Shown here one piece after another: positions 8,161 through 16,411 of a DNA stretch of 21,664 nt. The notes under the pieces were generated by a model. It was not told where the DNA came from. It did not search any database and saw only the letters and a list, made by a program, of their open reading frames with translations. The stretch covers positions 1 to 21,664 of the forward strand of contig JBBSQY010000052.1 in NCBI GenBank assembly GCA_038243585.1. The letters are read 5' to 3'. The translations under genes were made by a program, and so were the position numbers. This DNA is from Candidatus Sumerlaeales bacterium (lineage in GTDB: Bacteria; Sumerlaeota; Sumerlaeia; Sumerlaeales; Sumerlaeaceae). The first letter of the stretch is position 1. Each line of letters opens with the position of its first letter.

Positions 8161-9609
8161 TTATTTCGCCGGAAATGGATGAGTGCGGCTGGGGAGGGTC
8201 TTGCTCCAGTCCAATAGCTTTTTAGACATTTCTTTCGCCGCTGTCGACTGCTGATCTGCTATGTTTGTCGTTTCGTTGCGGTCCTTTACCACGTTATACA
8301 TTTGCAGATCTGAGCCGTCCCGGTTGACCAGCACCTTCAGGTCGCCCTCCCGGATGGCGAGCTGCGGGCCACGGTCCTTATTATTGGGACGTGGTTTTGC
8401 GGGCCTGGTACGGCCGAACTCATAAAGCAGGGGAGTCGTCCGCTTCACCGGTTGACCAAACATCGCTTTGGACAGATCTTCTCCATCGGCTTTGCCTATT
8501 GATTCCGGCACCACGGGTATCCCGACAAGCGCGGAAAGAGTCGGCAGCAGATCAATGGCCGAAAGCACCGTTACATCGTTTTGGGTGCCGGCCGGAATGT
8601 GACCGGGCCACCGGATGATAAAGGGCTCGCGAATGCCGCCCTCGTAAAGAGTTCCTTTGGAACCACGCATTCCGTCGGTACGCAAGCGGTTAAAATCCGG
8701 ATTGGGGCCATTATCACTGGTGAAAAAGAGAATGGTATTATCCTCCATGCCCTGCGTTTTCAGCCCATCAAGGAGTCGCCCCATCTCGCGGTCATATTCT
8801 TCCAGTACGCCGTAGAAATTTTCGAGAGAACGGCCTTCCTTCGTTTTTCCGCCATGCTTTTTAAGCCCTTCCGGGCTTGGGGTAAACGGAGTATGAACAT
8901 CTTCCGGCCACAAGGTAACGAAGGTCGGGGTGCCTTGATTACGCTTCATGAAGTCCAGAGTTCTGTCCACCATATAGCCGGTTGTTTTCCACCGATCCAA
9001 CTGGGTGGGCGGCTTGTTGTCATTCCAGGAAGGCACAGCTGATCCGAGTTTGGGATCCGGCTCGGGGCTTTCCCACGTGCTCCAGAATTCCTTATAGCCA
9101 TATTCGCTAATGGACGGGGCGTTGTCCACGTCGCGCCCGCCGCCCAGGTGCCATTTACCTACATGGGCGGTGGCATAACCGCCGGCGGCAAACGTCTTTG
9201 GAAGGAATGCAAGCGCCGGGCTAAGGAAATCGTTTTGGTCCGCCTGCTTATTGCCCTTCCGCTCCTGCAAATAGGTAGTTATCTGTGTTTCAGGAGCGTG
9301 CATCCCGCTGAGCACAGACGCCCGCGATGGAGAACAGATGGGCATTGCCACGTAGAACTGGGTAAACTTCATGCCCTCCTTCGCCAGCCGATCAATGTTA
9401 GGTGTCTTGACCTTGAGCGGTGTTTTTGCAAAGCTGGAAACATCTCCATAGCCCATGTCGTCTGTAAAAACCATAATAACATTGGGTTTTTGAGCGGCGG
9501 CGGTGCCGGTGGCACCGGCCTGTGCTGCTACGGTTTGGTTGGCGGTAACGGCTCCAAAAACAACGGCTGCCATACACAGCCTCAGTACAAAATCCGTGGT
9601 ATCAGGCAT
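8161..9609 (-). CDS. Secreted sulfatase (formylglycine-dependent, arylsulfatase A-like)
   Basis: PNVIMVFTDDMG, CSPSR (CxPxR), GKWHLG, FTSDNG, GSKGTLYEGGIREP. ATG9609 is preceded by GGAGG and followed by a signal peptide. Confidence 0.93.
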   Translation of the reverse strand: MPDTTDFVLRLCMAAVVFGAVTANQTVAAQAGATGTAAAQKPNVIMVFTDDMGYGDVSSFAKTPLKVKTPNIDRLAKEGMKFTQFYVAMPICSPSRASVLSGMHAPETQITTYLQERKGNKQADQNDFLSPALAFLPKTFAAGGYATAHVGKWHLGGGRDVDNAPSISEYGYKEFWSTWESPEPDPKLGSAVPSWNDNKPPTQLDRWKTTGYMVDRTLDFMKRNQGTPTFVTLWPEDVHTPFTPSPEGLKKHGGKTKEGRSLENFYGVLEEYDREMGRLLDGLKTQGMEDNTILFFTSDNGPNPDFNRLRTDGMRGSKGTLYEGGIREPFIIRWPGHIPAGTQNDVTVLSAIDLLPTLSALVGIPVVPESIGKADGEDLSKAMFGQPVKRTTPLLYEFGRTRPAKPRPNNKDRGPQLAIREGDLKVLVNRDGSDLQMYNVVKDRNETTNIADQQSTAAKEMSKKLLDWSKTLPSRTHPFPAK

Positions 9610-9646
9610 ACCATGCCTCCGGTCTCTAGTGAATGAACTATTCACG

Positions 9647-9676
9647 AGTAAAGAAACCGACAATTTTTCGTGTCAA
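9647..9676 (-). promoter_or_regulatory. Candidate sigma70 promoter for the sulfatase
   Basis: On the minus strand, TTGACA (9676-9671), an 18-nt spacer, then TTTACT (9652-9647). A GTGAAT-N5-ATTCAC inverted repeat lies at 9629-9645. Confidence 0.4.
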
Positions 9677-9799
9677 TCTAAACCCGTAGGCAACAAAACC
9701 ACGTCAGTAGACAGGAGGAGTAGCTCCTGACAATGTATAGTAACTAAGGCATTTAGTCAGACCTGAGCGGTGTTAAATGACCTTGCTCATTCGATTGGA

Positions 9800-10426
9800 T
9801 CACCCTATCGCGGAAGAGCCTTGCCGTTTTTTCTTAACAATCCAGTAAACAATCGCGCACCCCAGCGAAATCCAAAGCGCCGCTTCAAACATTCCGACAT
9901 AGCGCCCCACACTCTCCCAGTTATTACCGAGCAGCCACCCGAATCCGATTAGCGCGGAGTTATAAACGCCGCTGCCAATGGCCGTGTATATAAGAAACTG
10001 TGGAAGCGGCATCCTCTGGATTCCGGCGGGAATGGAAACATAGCTCCGGACGCCGGGAGCGCACCGCCCAATCAGCACGGCCCAGCGCCCGTGGCGTTCG
10101 AACCAGGCCGATGCCTTGTCGTAATCGTCACTGGAGACGAGCAGCCATTTGCCCCGACGCTCCACGAATCGCCGCAGCCGCGGATCGCCTAGCCGCCGGC
10201 CCAGCTCGTAAAGTACGAGCGCGCCAATGACAGAGCCGACGGTGGCCGCAGCTACTGCCAGACCAGAATTCAGGCGTCCCTGGCCGGTAAGTAACCCGGC
10301 CATCGGCAGGATAACCTCTGACGGGATAGGCGGAAATATGTTCTCCACCGCGACTAGACCACTAAGGCCAAGGTATCCGGCACTAGCCATTATATCAGTA
10401 GTCCAGGTTGTCAGTCCGCTCAGCAT
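9800..10426 (-). CDS. dedA: DedA family membrane protein
   Basis: ENIFPPIPSEVILPMAG, WFERHGRWAVLIGRCAPGVRSYVSIPAG. Confidence 0.93.
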   Translation of the reverse strand: MLSGLTTWTTDIMASAGYLGLSGLVAVENIFPPIPSEVILPMAGLLTGQGRLNSGLAVAAATVGSVIGALVLYELGRRLGDPRLRRFVERRGKWLLVSSDDYDKASAWFERHGRWAVLIGRCAPGVRSYVSIPAGIQRMPLPQFLIYTAIGSGVYNSALIGFGWLLGNNWESVGRYVGMFEAALWISLGCAIVYWIVKKKRQGSSAIG

Positions 10427-10520
10427 GGTTGTACCTTATCCCTTGTCTCAGTTTAGCAACGTTTAGAGCCAATCATGTTCCCGACCAAATCGAAAATTAC
10501 ATTAGCAGAGGCATACAGCC

Positions 10521-11032
10521 ATGAAGTATCAGTTTATAGAAGTAGGCGACTTTTCAGCCGCAGAAGTGGCGCTTTACTATAAAGCTGACCTGCTGGGGCG
10601 GGTGGCGGTGTGCAGCTCATTCGACTCTGGCAGATTCATTGAGCCGACTGGGAGCAGGTGAATGGGTATTGCGTCAGCCCTCCAATTACCGAGGCGATGG
10701 TCGGCGCATGGCCCAACTCTCACGACGAATTTTGCGACGAGTGGTGGGTCTTCGACCTCCGCGTTCCGCCGGACTTTTCGGTCGTCGCATTTTGCAACTT
10801 TCTTGGAACGCGCATTGCCGACTACCAGGATCTTGATTTCGAAGGCGCTTGCCACCTCGACGAGTACCTGTCGAAGTTCTCGCCGCCACTCGTTTTTGGC
10901 TGCAATGAATATGCATACGTGGTGCGGCGGTCTGAATTGAGAGATTTGATGAACCGCCCCTACCGGCTGATAAACAGCGTATGGAGTTCCTGTCGTGGTA
11001 AGGAAAGTTTATCAAGCCCAACGAAAACGTAG
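10521..11032 (+). pseudogene. Hypothetical protein split by a single frameshift (about 170 aa if joined)
   Basis: GAGG RBS and ATG10521 read MKYQFIEVG...CSSFDSGRFIEP and stop at 10659-10661. The -1 frame opens at 10643 (ADWEQVNGYCVSPP...DEWWVF) and runs to 11032. Confidence 0.55.
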
Positions 11033-11120
11033 CCTCGGCCACAATTTGTCATTTATGCAACATTATACAAATGGCCGTGTTTACTGCGGTTGCCATAGGT
11101 AGCAACTCCCTAGCTAGTAA

Positions 11121-11414
11121 ACCTTTTCCAACAACAATAACACTTATACCACGAATGGGAGCCTTGTGGGTAATAGAGGCCAGGGGTATTACCCGACGCT
11201 GGATGACTGACAAACTTCCACTAAGCAAGACCTTCTAAGTAACTGCCCGGATGTGCATTTTACCACATTTCCCGGGGCTGCCTACCTTGCGCCTCCGGTG
11301 GAAGGGCTCACCACGGATATTGATGGAGATCCTAGAGGTGGGAGTGAAGTGGTAGTCGGCGCTGACGAACCACTTTACCCGAGTACGCGGGTTAACGGGT
11401 GGCATCTGTACTGA
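11121..11414 (+). pseudogene. C-terminal remnant of a secreted beta-helix / choice-of-anchor-Q-like protein
   Basis: One frame reads TFSNNNNTYTTNGSLVG..YYPTLDD*QTSTKQDLLS..DVHF..LTTDIDGDPRGG..VVVGADEPLYPSTRVNGWHLY*. An internal TGA at 11208-11210 sits where Trp is expected, and there is no start codon. Confidence 0.7.
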
Positions 11415-11440
11415 GCCACATATTGTAACTGGTTGCACCA

Positions 11441-11480
11441 AACAAGCTTGTTGAATGAGCTACTTTGCAGCAGGTACTTT
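11441..11480 (+). promoter_or_regulatory. Candidate promoter/operator of the toxin-antitoxin operon
   Basis: Perfect palindrome AACAAGCTTGTT (11441-11452) overlapping TTGAAT (11451-11456), an 18-nt spacer, then TACTTT (11475-11480), 5 nt before ATG11486. Confidence 0.45.
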
Positions 11481-11485
11481 ATAGC

Positions 11486-11743
11486 ATGAAAACTATTACT
11501 GCGACAGAATTTAAGAACCGGGCCGCTCAGGTGCTGAAGGAAGTTTCTTCATCCGGAAAAACCATCGTTGTCACCAAACGCGGGAAACCATTGGTTCGCG
11601 TGGAAGCGGTCAGCGAAAAGCGGGAGCCGATTAAATTGGGTACGATGGCGGATACACTGATAGTCGTGGGCGATATTATAAGTCCTGTATTCGATGAATG
11701 GGAATATCTCGATCCCAATGATGACCCTCGTCGCCAGGGGTGA
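11486..11743 (+). CDS. Type II antitoxin, Phd/YefM family
   Basis: MKTITATEFKNRAAQVLKEV..IVVTKRGKPLVRV; GTGA overlap with the downstream PIN gene. Confidence 0.92.
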   Translation: MKTITATEFKNRAAQVLKEVSSSGKTIVVTKRGKPLVRVEAVSEKREPIKLGTMADTLIVVGDIISPVFDEWEYLDPNDDPRRQG

Positions 11744-12138
11744 AGTATTTATTAGATACTCATGTCTGGATCTGGATGCTTTCTACTCCAGAAAAATTGT
11801 CGTCTAAAGTTCGCGCCCTCCTTGCGTCTGGAGCCACGAAACCAGATCTGTTGCTATCGGCGATGTCGCTCGTAGAGCTCGCCACTCTGACAGAAAAAGG
11901 ACGCGTGAAGATTCTCTTCGAATCGGGCGCGTCCATAGAAGCCGCCATTGCTGCCATACAAGTCCGTATCGTTCCGATGGATCAGGAGATTGCAATCGAG
12001 ACGGGACGGCTTACCGATTTTGATCATTTCGACCCGGCGGATCGGATCATCGTAGCAAGTGCGCGGATCGAAAACGCTGTACTCATTACCGCCGACAGAA
12101 CATTGCGACGCTATAAGAACGTAGCGACGCTATGGTGA
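11740..12138 (+). CDS. vapC: Type II toxin, PIN-domain VapC family
   Basis: YLLDTHVWIW, SLVEL, HFDPADRIIVASA and LITAD supply the acidic tetrad. Confidence 0.93.
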   Translation: MKYLLDTHVWIWMLSTPEKLSSKVRALLASGATKPDLLLSAMSLVELATLTEKGRVKILFESGASIEAAIAAIQVRIVPMDQEIAIETGRLTDFDHFDPADRIIVASARIENAVLITADRTLRRYKNVATLW

Positions 12139-12171
12139 ACGCTGCAGCTATATGTCGACACTCATCTAACC

Positions 12172-12199
12172 GGTAGGGATGGCTCGCCGAGCCGTCCGC
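12172..12199 (+). repeat. GTAG-type REP element (intergenic)
   Basis: G-GTAG-GGATGGCTC-GCC-GAGCCGTCC-GC: a GTAG tetranucleotide plus a 9-bp hairpin with one T:G pair, between convergent genes. A second copy lies at 2710-2737. Confidence 0.9.
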
Positions 12200-12229
12200 A
12201 TCAATTTCCGTCCCACCATTAATCGCTGC

Positions 12230-13006
12230 TCAGATTGGTTTTATGACTGCAAATGCCGCGCCTTGATTGTCCGCGATTATCGCGATACGTCCGACGGTGG
12301 GGATATCCATCGGGCCATGGACTTTGCCTCCTAGTTCGAGGGCGCGTTCAGCGGTTTGGTCGGCGTCTTCCACCTGGAAGTACGGCAGCCACTGGGGCGG
12401 CATGCCCTGCATATCTTTGCCGATCTCCATCATGCCGCCGGCGGGGCGATCTTCGTTTGCCAGATCAAATATTGTATAGGCCATGGGAACACCCTCATGC
12501 AGCTTCGGCCGCCAATCCAACAGCGCCGTATAAAAGGCAGACGCGGCGACGGTATCGCGGGTGTTCAGTTCTGTCCAGCAGAGCGCGCCCGTCTCGTCGA
12601 GGAGCGACGGCTCCGGCTGCTTTTTCGCCTGCCAGATTGAAAATTTAACGCCGATCGGATCCTCCAGGTTGGCCATGACGTCGCCGTCCATATCAGAGGG
12701 CTTCATTAAGACTTTCCCGCCGAGGGTCTCACATTTTTTAGCCGTCGTCTCAGCGTCCGTCACAGTAAGGTAGGAATTCCAGTGCGGCAAAACTCCGGCC
12801 GCTTTACGGTCGTTGGCCATCTGATACATTCCGGCTACGTCATTGCCGTCCAATTTAAACATTGTATACTCGCCCTCGGGCATGGACAAATCATGCGCCG
12901 TCCATCCCAGAAGCGCAGAGTAAAACGCTTTGGTGGAAGAGGCGTCCCCCGAGCAGTAGCCGGGACAGGCAAATGTGCCGTGGGCGTAATCCGTTATTAA
13001 TGCCAT
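12230..13006 (-). CDS. Two-domain VOC/glyoxalase family protein (Cfp32-like)
   Basis: Duplicated modules AFYSALLGW..WNSYLTVTD..GGKVL and CWTELNTRD..AFYTALLDW..WLPYFQVED..GRIAIIADNQGA. Confidence 0.9.
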   Translation of the reverse strand: MALITDYAHGTFACPGYCSGDASSTKAFYSALLGWTAHDLSMPEGEYTMFKLDGNDVAGMYQMANDRKAAGVLPHWNSYLTVTDAETTAKKCETLGGKVLMKPSDMDGDVMANLEDPIGVKFSIWQAKKQPEPSLLDETGALCWTELNTRDTVAASAFYTALLDWRPKLHEGVPMAYTIFDLANEDRPAGGMMEIGKDMQGMPPQWLPYFQVEDADQTAERALELGGKVHGPMDIPTVGRIAIIADNQGAAFAVIKPI

Positions 13007-13240
13007 AATGCGGTTCCTTTGTAATTTCGGTGGAAACTAAAATTAGATAGCCTAATTCATAGCCGGCTTATTGCTTTTCTTCGATTACCTTACGAACGAC
13101 GTCGATAGTTTAGGACAACAGACCAGTAAAAAGCGAACTCTGACGGGTCATAAAGTTTATGCGCTTCTCGAAAATCGGCAAATGTATCGTCATATCTGAA
13201 TTCGGAATATAGTCTAAAAAGCTCCGGTAATTAGAATAAG

Positions 13241-13813
13241 ATGAAAAACAACCGTCACCATGGGTTTACCCTTATTGAACTGCTGATCGTGGTGGCGATT
13301 ATTGCCATTCTGGCGGCGGTGGCGGTTCCCAATTTCCTTGAGGCGCTGACCAGGGCGCGGGTTTCGCGGGTAAAGTCTGATCTCCGGACTGTCGCGACTT
13401 CCATGGAAGCTTACGCGGTGGACAACAATGCCTATCCCGAGCCGCTTTTATCACTCTCAACCCCAATTGCCTATGCGTCGAATGCCTATGCTGATGACGT
13501 TTTCGCCAATCCGAACGGATGGTTTGCTTTGGGATATGTGCAAGGGCACAACGGCAGCCAGCCGTCGTTTCTAGCGGATTTTGGAGTGACAGGCGCAACA
13601 GATCCTCAGCGGTATGCCATGGCTACTCACCGCTTTTTCATTTTTAGCAATGGTCCGGACCTTGAAGACGAGGCGCTGGAATCGCCTAACACCGCCTTTC
13701 GCGATGTTATCGGCGCGCCTAGTGCCCAACTGGGTTATTTTTATGATCCAACCAACGGCACTAAGTCTCGCGGCGATATCCTCCGCACGAGCAAATATCA
13801 GCCGCAAAGCTGA
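13241..13813 (+). CDS. Prepilin-type N-terminal cleavage/methylation domain protein (type IV pilin/pseudopilin-like)
   Basis: Class III signal HHG|FTLIELLIVVAIIAILAA with Glu5; family blocks LSTPIAY, GPD, YDPTNGTKSRGDI. Confidence 0.92.
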   Translation: MKNNRHHGFTLIELLIVVAIIAILAAVAVPNFLEALTRARVSRVKSDLRTVATSMEAYAVDNNAYPEPLLSLSTPIAYASNAYADDVFANPNGWFALGYVQGHNGSQPSFLADFGVTGATDPQRYAMATHRFFIFSNGPDLEDEALESPNTAFRDVIGAPSAQLGYFYDPTNGTKSRGDILRTSKYQPQS

Positions 13814-13892
13814 TCAGACTTGGATTTTTCGATGTATTGGGGAAACTACAAAGGTTTAGAACTAATCGCGACGGAATGCTGATACGTCGGAG

Positions 13893-14198
13893 TTAAACCA
13901 TCTCCACGGATTCTATCTGTGGGAGTTCTTCTTTAATGCGAACTTCAACGCCCTGCTTAAGTGTAATCATGGAACTGGGACATCCAACGCAGGCGCCGGT
14001 CAGCCGCACGTATACCACGGAATCTTCCACCTTCAGCAGTTCGATATCTCCGCCGTCGCTTTGAATGAACGGGCGAACTTCTGCAATAATTTCATCAACG
14101 CGTCTGAACAACACGTCATCTGCAACACGCTCTTGTTCCGCATCGATTTTTGAATCGGGCTGTAAAACAGGGTTTTCCGGCATTGGGTTCGTTTCCAT
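13893..14198 (-). CDS. NifU-C/Nfu family Fe-S cluster carrier
   Basis: VRPFIQSDGGDIEL..VRLTGACVGCPSSMITLKQGVE (CxxC). Confidence 0.93.
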   Translation of the reverse strand: METNPMPENPVLQPDSKIDAEQERVADDVLFRRVDEIIAEVRPFIQSDGGDIELLKVEDSVVYVRLTGACVGCPSSMITLKQGVEVRIKEELPQIESVEMV

Positions 14199-14267
14199 AT
14201 TTAAATATCCTGACTGGAAGAGTTTGCAACTTTACAATTGCGCGGTGCGGTCCACCGACCGAATAGA

Positions 14268-14290
14268 AGAACAGCTGAGACACCTGTTCT
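14268..14290 (-). terminator. Hairpin downstream of sdhC, weak terminator candidate
   Basis: AGAACAG (14268-14274) pairs with CTGTTCT (14284-14290), 16 nt past the sdhC stop; the U-tract is poor. Confidence 0.3.
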
Positions 14291-14306
14291 AATTCAGTAC
14301 TGTGGA

Positions 14307-15014
14307 TCAGTGAGCGACAGGCGCGTCATCCTGCGCCGCCTGAACGGCATTGTAATGCTGCGGGACCTTGACCGGTTCTTCCTTCAAAAAACCGTTGATG
14401 GCACCAATACCGATCCCGAAAACCAACAGCCCTAGACCAGCCATGGCGACCTCGGCAAAGCGCTGGCTTCTGGTGGATACCGTAATGCCCCAGGTCATCA
14501 GGAAAGTCACAAGCCCATTAGCCAGGTGGAAAGATGTGCAGGCGATGCCAACAACGTACCACCAGTAGGTAAAGGGATCGCTCATTTTTTCATGAAAGAT
14601 TGCGTACACAGCCGTCTCACCATGAGTATCAATAAACCGAACTCCGATGACGTGGTAAATGATAAACGTAAACACGATCATGGCAGTAACCCGCTGCAAC
14701 ACATACGCCCAATTACGCCTGTACCGGATATTGCCCGCGTTCGGCTTGCTCGTAAATATGATGTACATGCCGTAGAGCATGTGAAACAGAAACGGCGCAA
14801 ACAATAGTGCCCATTCCACCCCCAGCAAATATGGGACACCGCGTAACGTGGTGACAGTACCGTCAAAGGCATCTTCTCCACCCTGCGACGTGCTGTTCGC
14901 GAAGAAGTGAAAGAAAATAAAGAATGTCAGCGGAATTACGCCCGTGAGAGAGTGCAGACGGCGCAAAACGAATTCGGAGTAAGTGGGAGTTTTCATACCA
15001 AAGTCATTTAACAT
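14307..15014 (-). CDS. sdhC: Succinate dehydrogenase cytochrome b558 subunit (Bacillus-type, diheme)
   Basis: LRRLHSLTGVIPL, LFHMLYG, LQRVTA..IYHV, FHLANGL..TWGITVSTRSQR; four His heme ligands and five TM helices. Confidence 0.92.
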   Translation of the reverse strand: MLNDFGMKTPTYSEFVLRRLHSLTGVIPLTFFIFFHFFANSTSQGGEDAFDGTVTTLRGVPYLLGVEWALLFAPFLFHMLYGMYIIFTSKPNAGNIRYRRNWAYVLQRVTAMIVFTFIIYHVIGVRFIDTHGETAVYAIFHEKMSDPFTYWWYVVGIACTSFHLANGLVTFLMTWGITVSTRSQRFAEVAMAGLGLLVFGIGIGAINGFLKEEPVKVPQHYNAVQAAQDDAPVAH

Positions 15015-15199
15015 GGAGTGAAACCGCCGTATTCAAGAAGGAAAAGAAAGCTTTTACACCTCGGCCCTGTCAGGGTAGTTTTCCCTGCCGCTCTGCGTCG
15101 CCTATACGGATTTGAGAAACTCTGGGTTTTTTTCTGAGTTAGGCCCCGTCGCGGGGTTATTATGTAATGTCTTGGCGTACAAAACCAAAGGATATTTTA

Positions 15200-16261
15200 A
15201 TGAGCGTAGTTCTCGTAACCGGTTCAAGCGGTCTCATTGGCGCAGAAACCGTGCGCCGCTTCAGCCGCGAAGGCCACACGGTAGTTGGTATCGATAATGA
15301 CATGCGGGCATACTTCTTCGGGCCGGAAGCCTCCACAAAGTGGTCGACCGCCGGTCTGCAGGAAGAATTTCCCGCCTTCGTGTCCCACGATATCGATATC
15401 CGCGACGAAGCCGCCGTTCAAAAGATTTTCAATCAATATGGTACCGACATTGAACTTGTCGTGCATACGGCAGCCCAGCCCAGCCATGATTGGGCGGCAC
15501 GCGAACCCCTTACCGATTTCAGCGTAAACGCGACCGCCACAGTGATCATGCTTGAAAACGCCCGAAAATTCTGTCCGGAAGCCCCATTCATTTTTACGTC
15601 GACCAACAAAGTCTATGGCGACACCCCCAACGCACTGCCATTGATCGAGCTGGAAGACCGTTGGGAGCTGGACCCCGATCACCCCTGGTCAGACCGCGGC
15701 ATAGACGAAACCATGTCCATCGACAGCTCCAAGCATTCCATTTTTGGCGCGTCCAAGGTGGCGGCCGACGTGATGGTCCAGGAATACGGACGCTACTTCG
15801 GCATGAAAACCTGCGTATTTCGCGGGGGATGCCTGACCGGACCCGGCCACTCTGGAGCCGAGCTGCATGGTTTCCTCAGTTACCTGATGAAGTGCATCAT
15901 GACCGGCAAAGAATACCGCATCTTTGGCTACAAGGGCAAACAAGTGCGCGACAACATCCACTCCAGCGACCTTGTCAGCGCGTTTCAGCAGTTTCACAAA
16001 GCGCCCCGCAGCGGCGAAGTCTATAACATGGGCGGCAGCCGCCACAGCAACTGCAGCATGAAGGAAGCCATAGCCATGGGCGAACAGATCACCGGAAATA
16101 AAGCCAATATTACCTACCTGGACGACAACCGCGTAGGCGATCACATCTGGTGGGTCAGTGACGTCGCCAAATTCAGCGAGCATTATCCGGAATGGGAGTA
16201 CCACTACGACATCCCCGCCATATTGCAGGAAATTTACACTGGGCTCCAGGGGCGTACGTAA
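15200..16261 (+). CDS. NAD-dependent nucleotide-sugar epimerase/dehydratase (CDP-paratose 2-epimerase RfbE-like)
   Basis: AAAGGA RBS before ATG15200; [42 protein letters not shown]. Confidence 0.9.
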   Translation: MSVVLVTGSSGLIGAETVRRFSREGHTVVGIDNDMRAYFFGPEASTKWSTAGLQEEFPAFVSHDIDIRDEAAVQKIFNQYGTDIELVVHTAAQPSHDWAAREPLTDFSVNATATVIMLENARKFCPEAPFIFTSTNKVYGDTPNALPLIELEDRWELDPDHPWSDRGIDETMSIDSSKHSIFGASKVAADVMVQEYGRYFGMKTCVFRGGCLTGPGHSGAELHGFLSYLMKCIMTGKEYRIFGYKGKQVRDNIHSSDLVSAFQQFHKAPRSGEVYNMGGSRHSNCSMKEAIAMGEQITGNKANITYLDDNRVGDHIWWVSDVAKFSEHYPEWEYHYDIPAILQEIYTGLQGRT

Positions 16262-16301
16262 TTTAAAACTATCTTCGGAGTTCGGCACACAACATTTCTA
16301 A

Positions 16302-16342
16302 TGATAATTTTTTATCAATTATTAATTGATAATGAAGAATCA
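16302..16342. promoter_or_regulatory. Tandem TGATAAT-based palindromes upstream of pilin 2 (candidate repressor operator)
   Basis: TGATAATTTTTTATCA (16302-16317) and TGATAATGAAGAATCA (16327-16342); perfect inverted repeat TTATCAATTA-T-TAATTGATAA (16312-16332). Confidence 0.5.
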
Positions 16343-16411
16343 AGTTCATTAATGTAAATATTTTCGTTTAAGCCCCCTGCAACATCGGGATCAGACAACG
16401 GAGACAAGAAC

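Noticed and set aside
9610..9663. TTG9663 start for the sulfatase
   Set aside because: GGAGG precedes ATG9609, the signal peptide starts there, and the extension overlaps the predicted promoter.
11208..11210. TGA recoded as Trp (alternative genetic code)
   Set aside because: TGA terminates intact genes in this window (11743, 12138, 13813) and no intact gene has an internal TGA. The fragment also lacks a start.
13007..13240. Riboswitch (e.g. c-di-GMP) upstream of pilin 1
   Set aside because: Only short palindromes (AATTAG-N5-CTAATT, CATAAAGTTTATG) are present, with no recognisable aptamer consensus.
16326..16343. FNR box
   Set aside because: The TTGAT and ATCAA half-sites are 8 nt apart, not 4.
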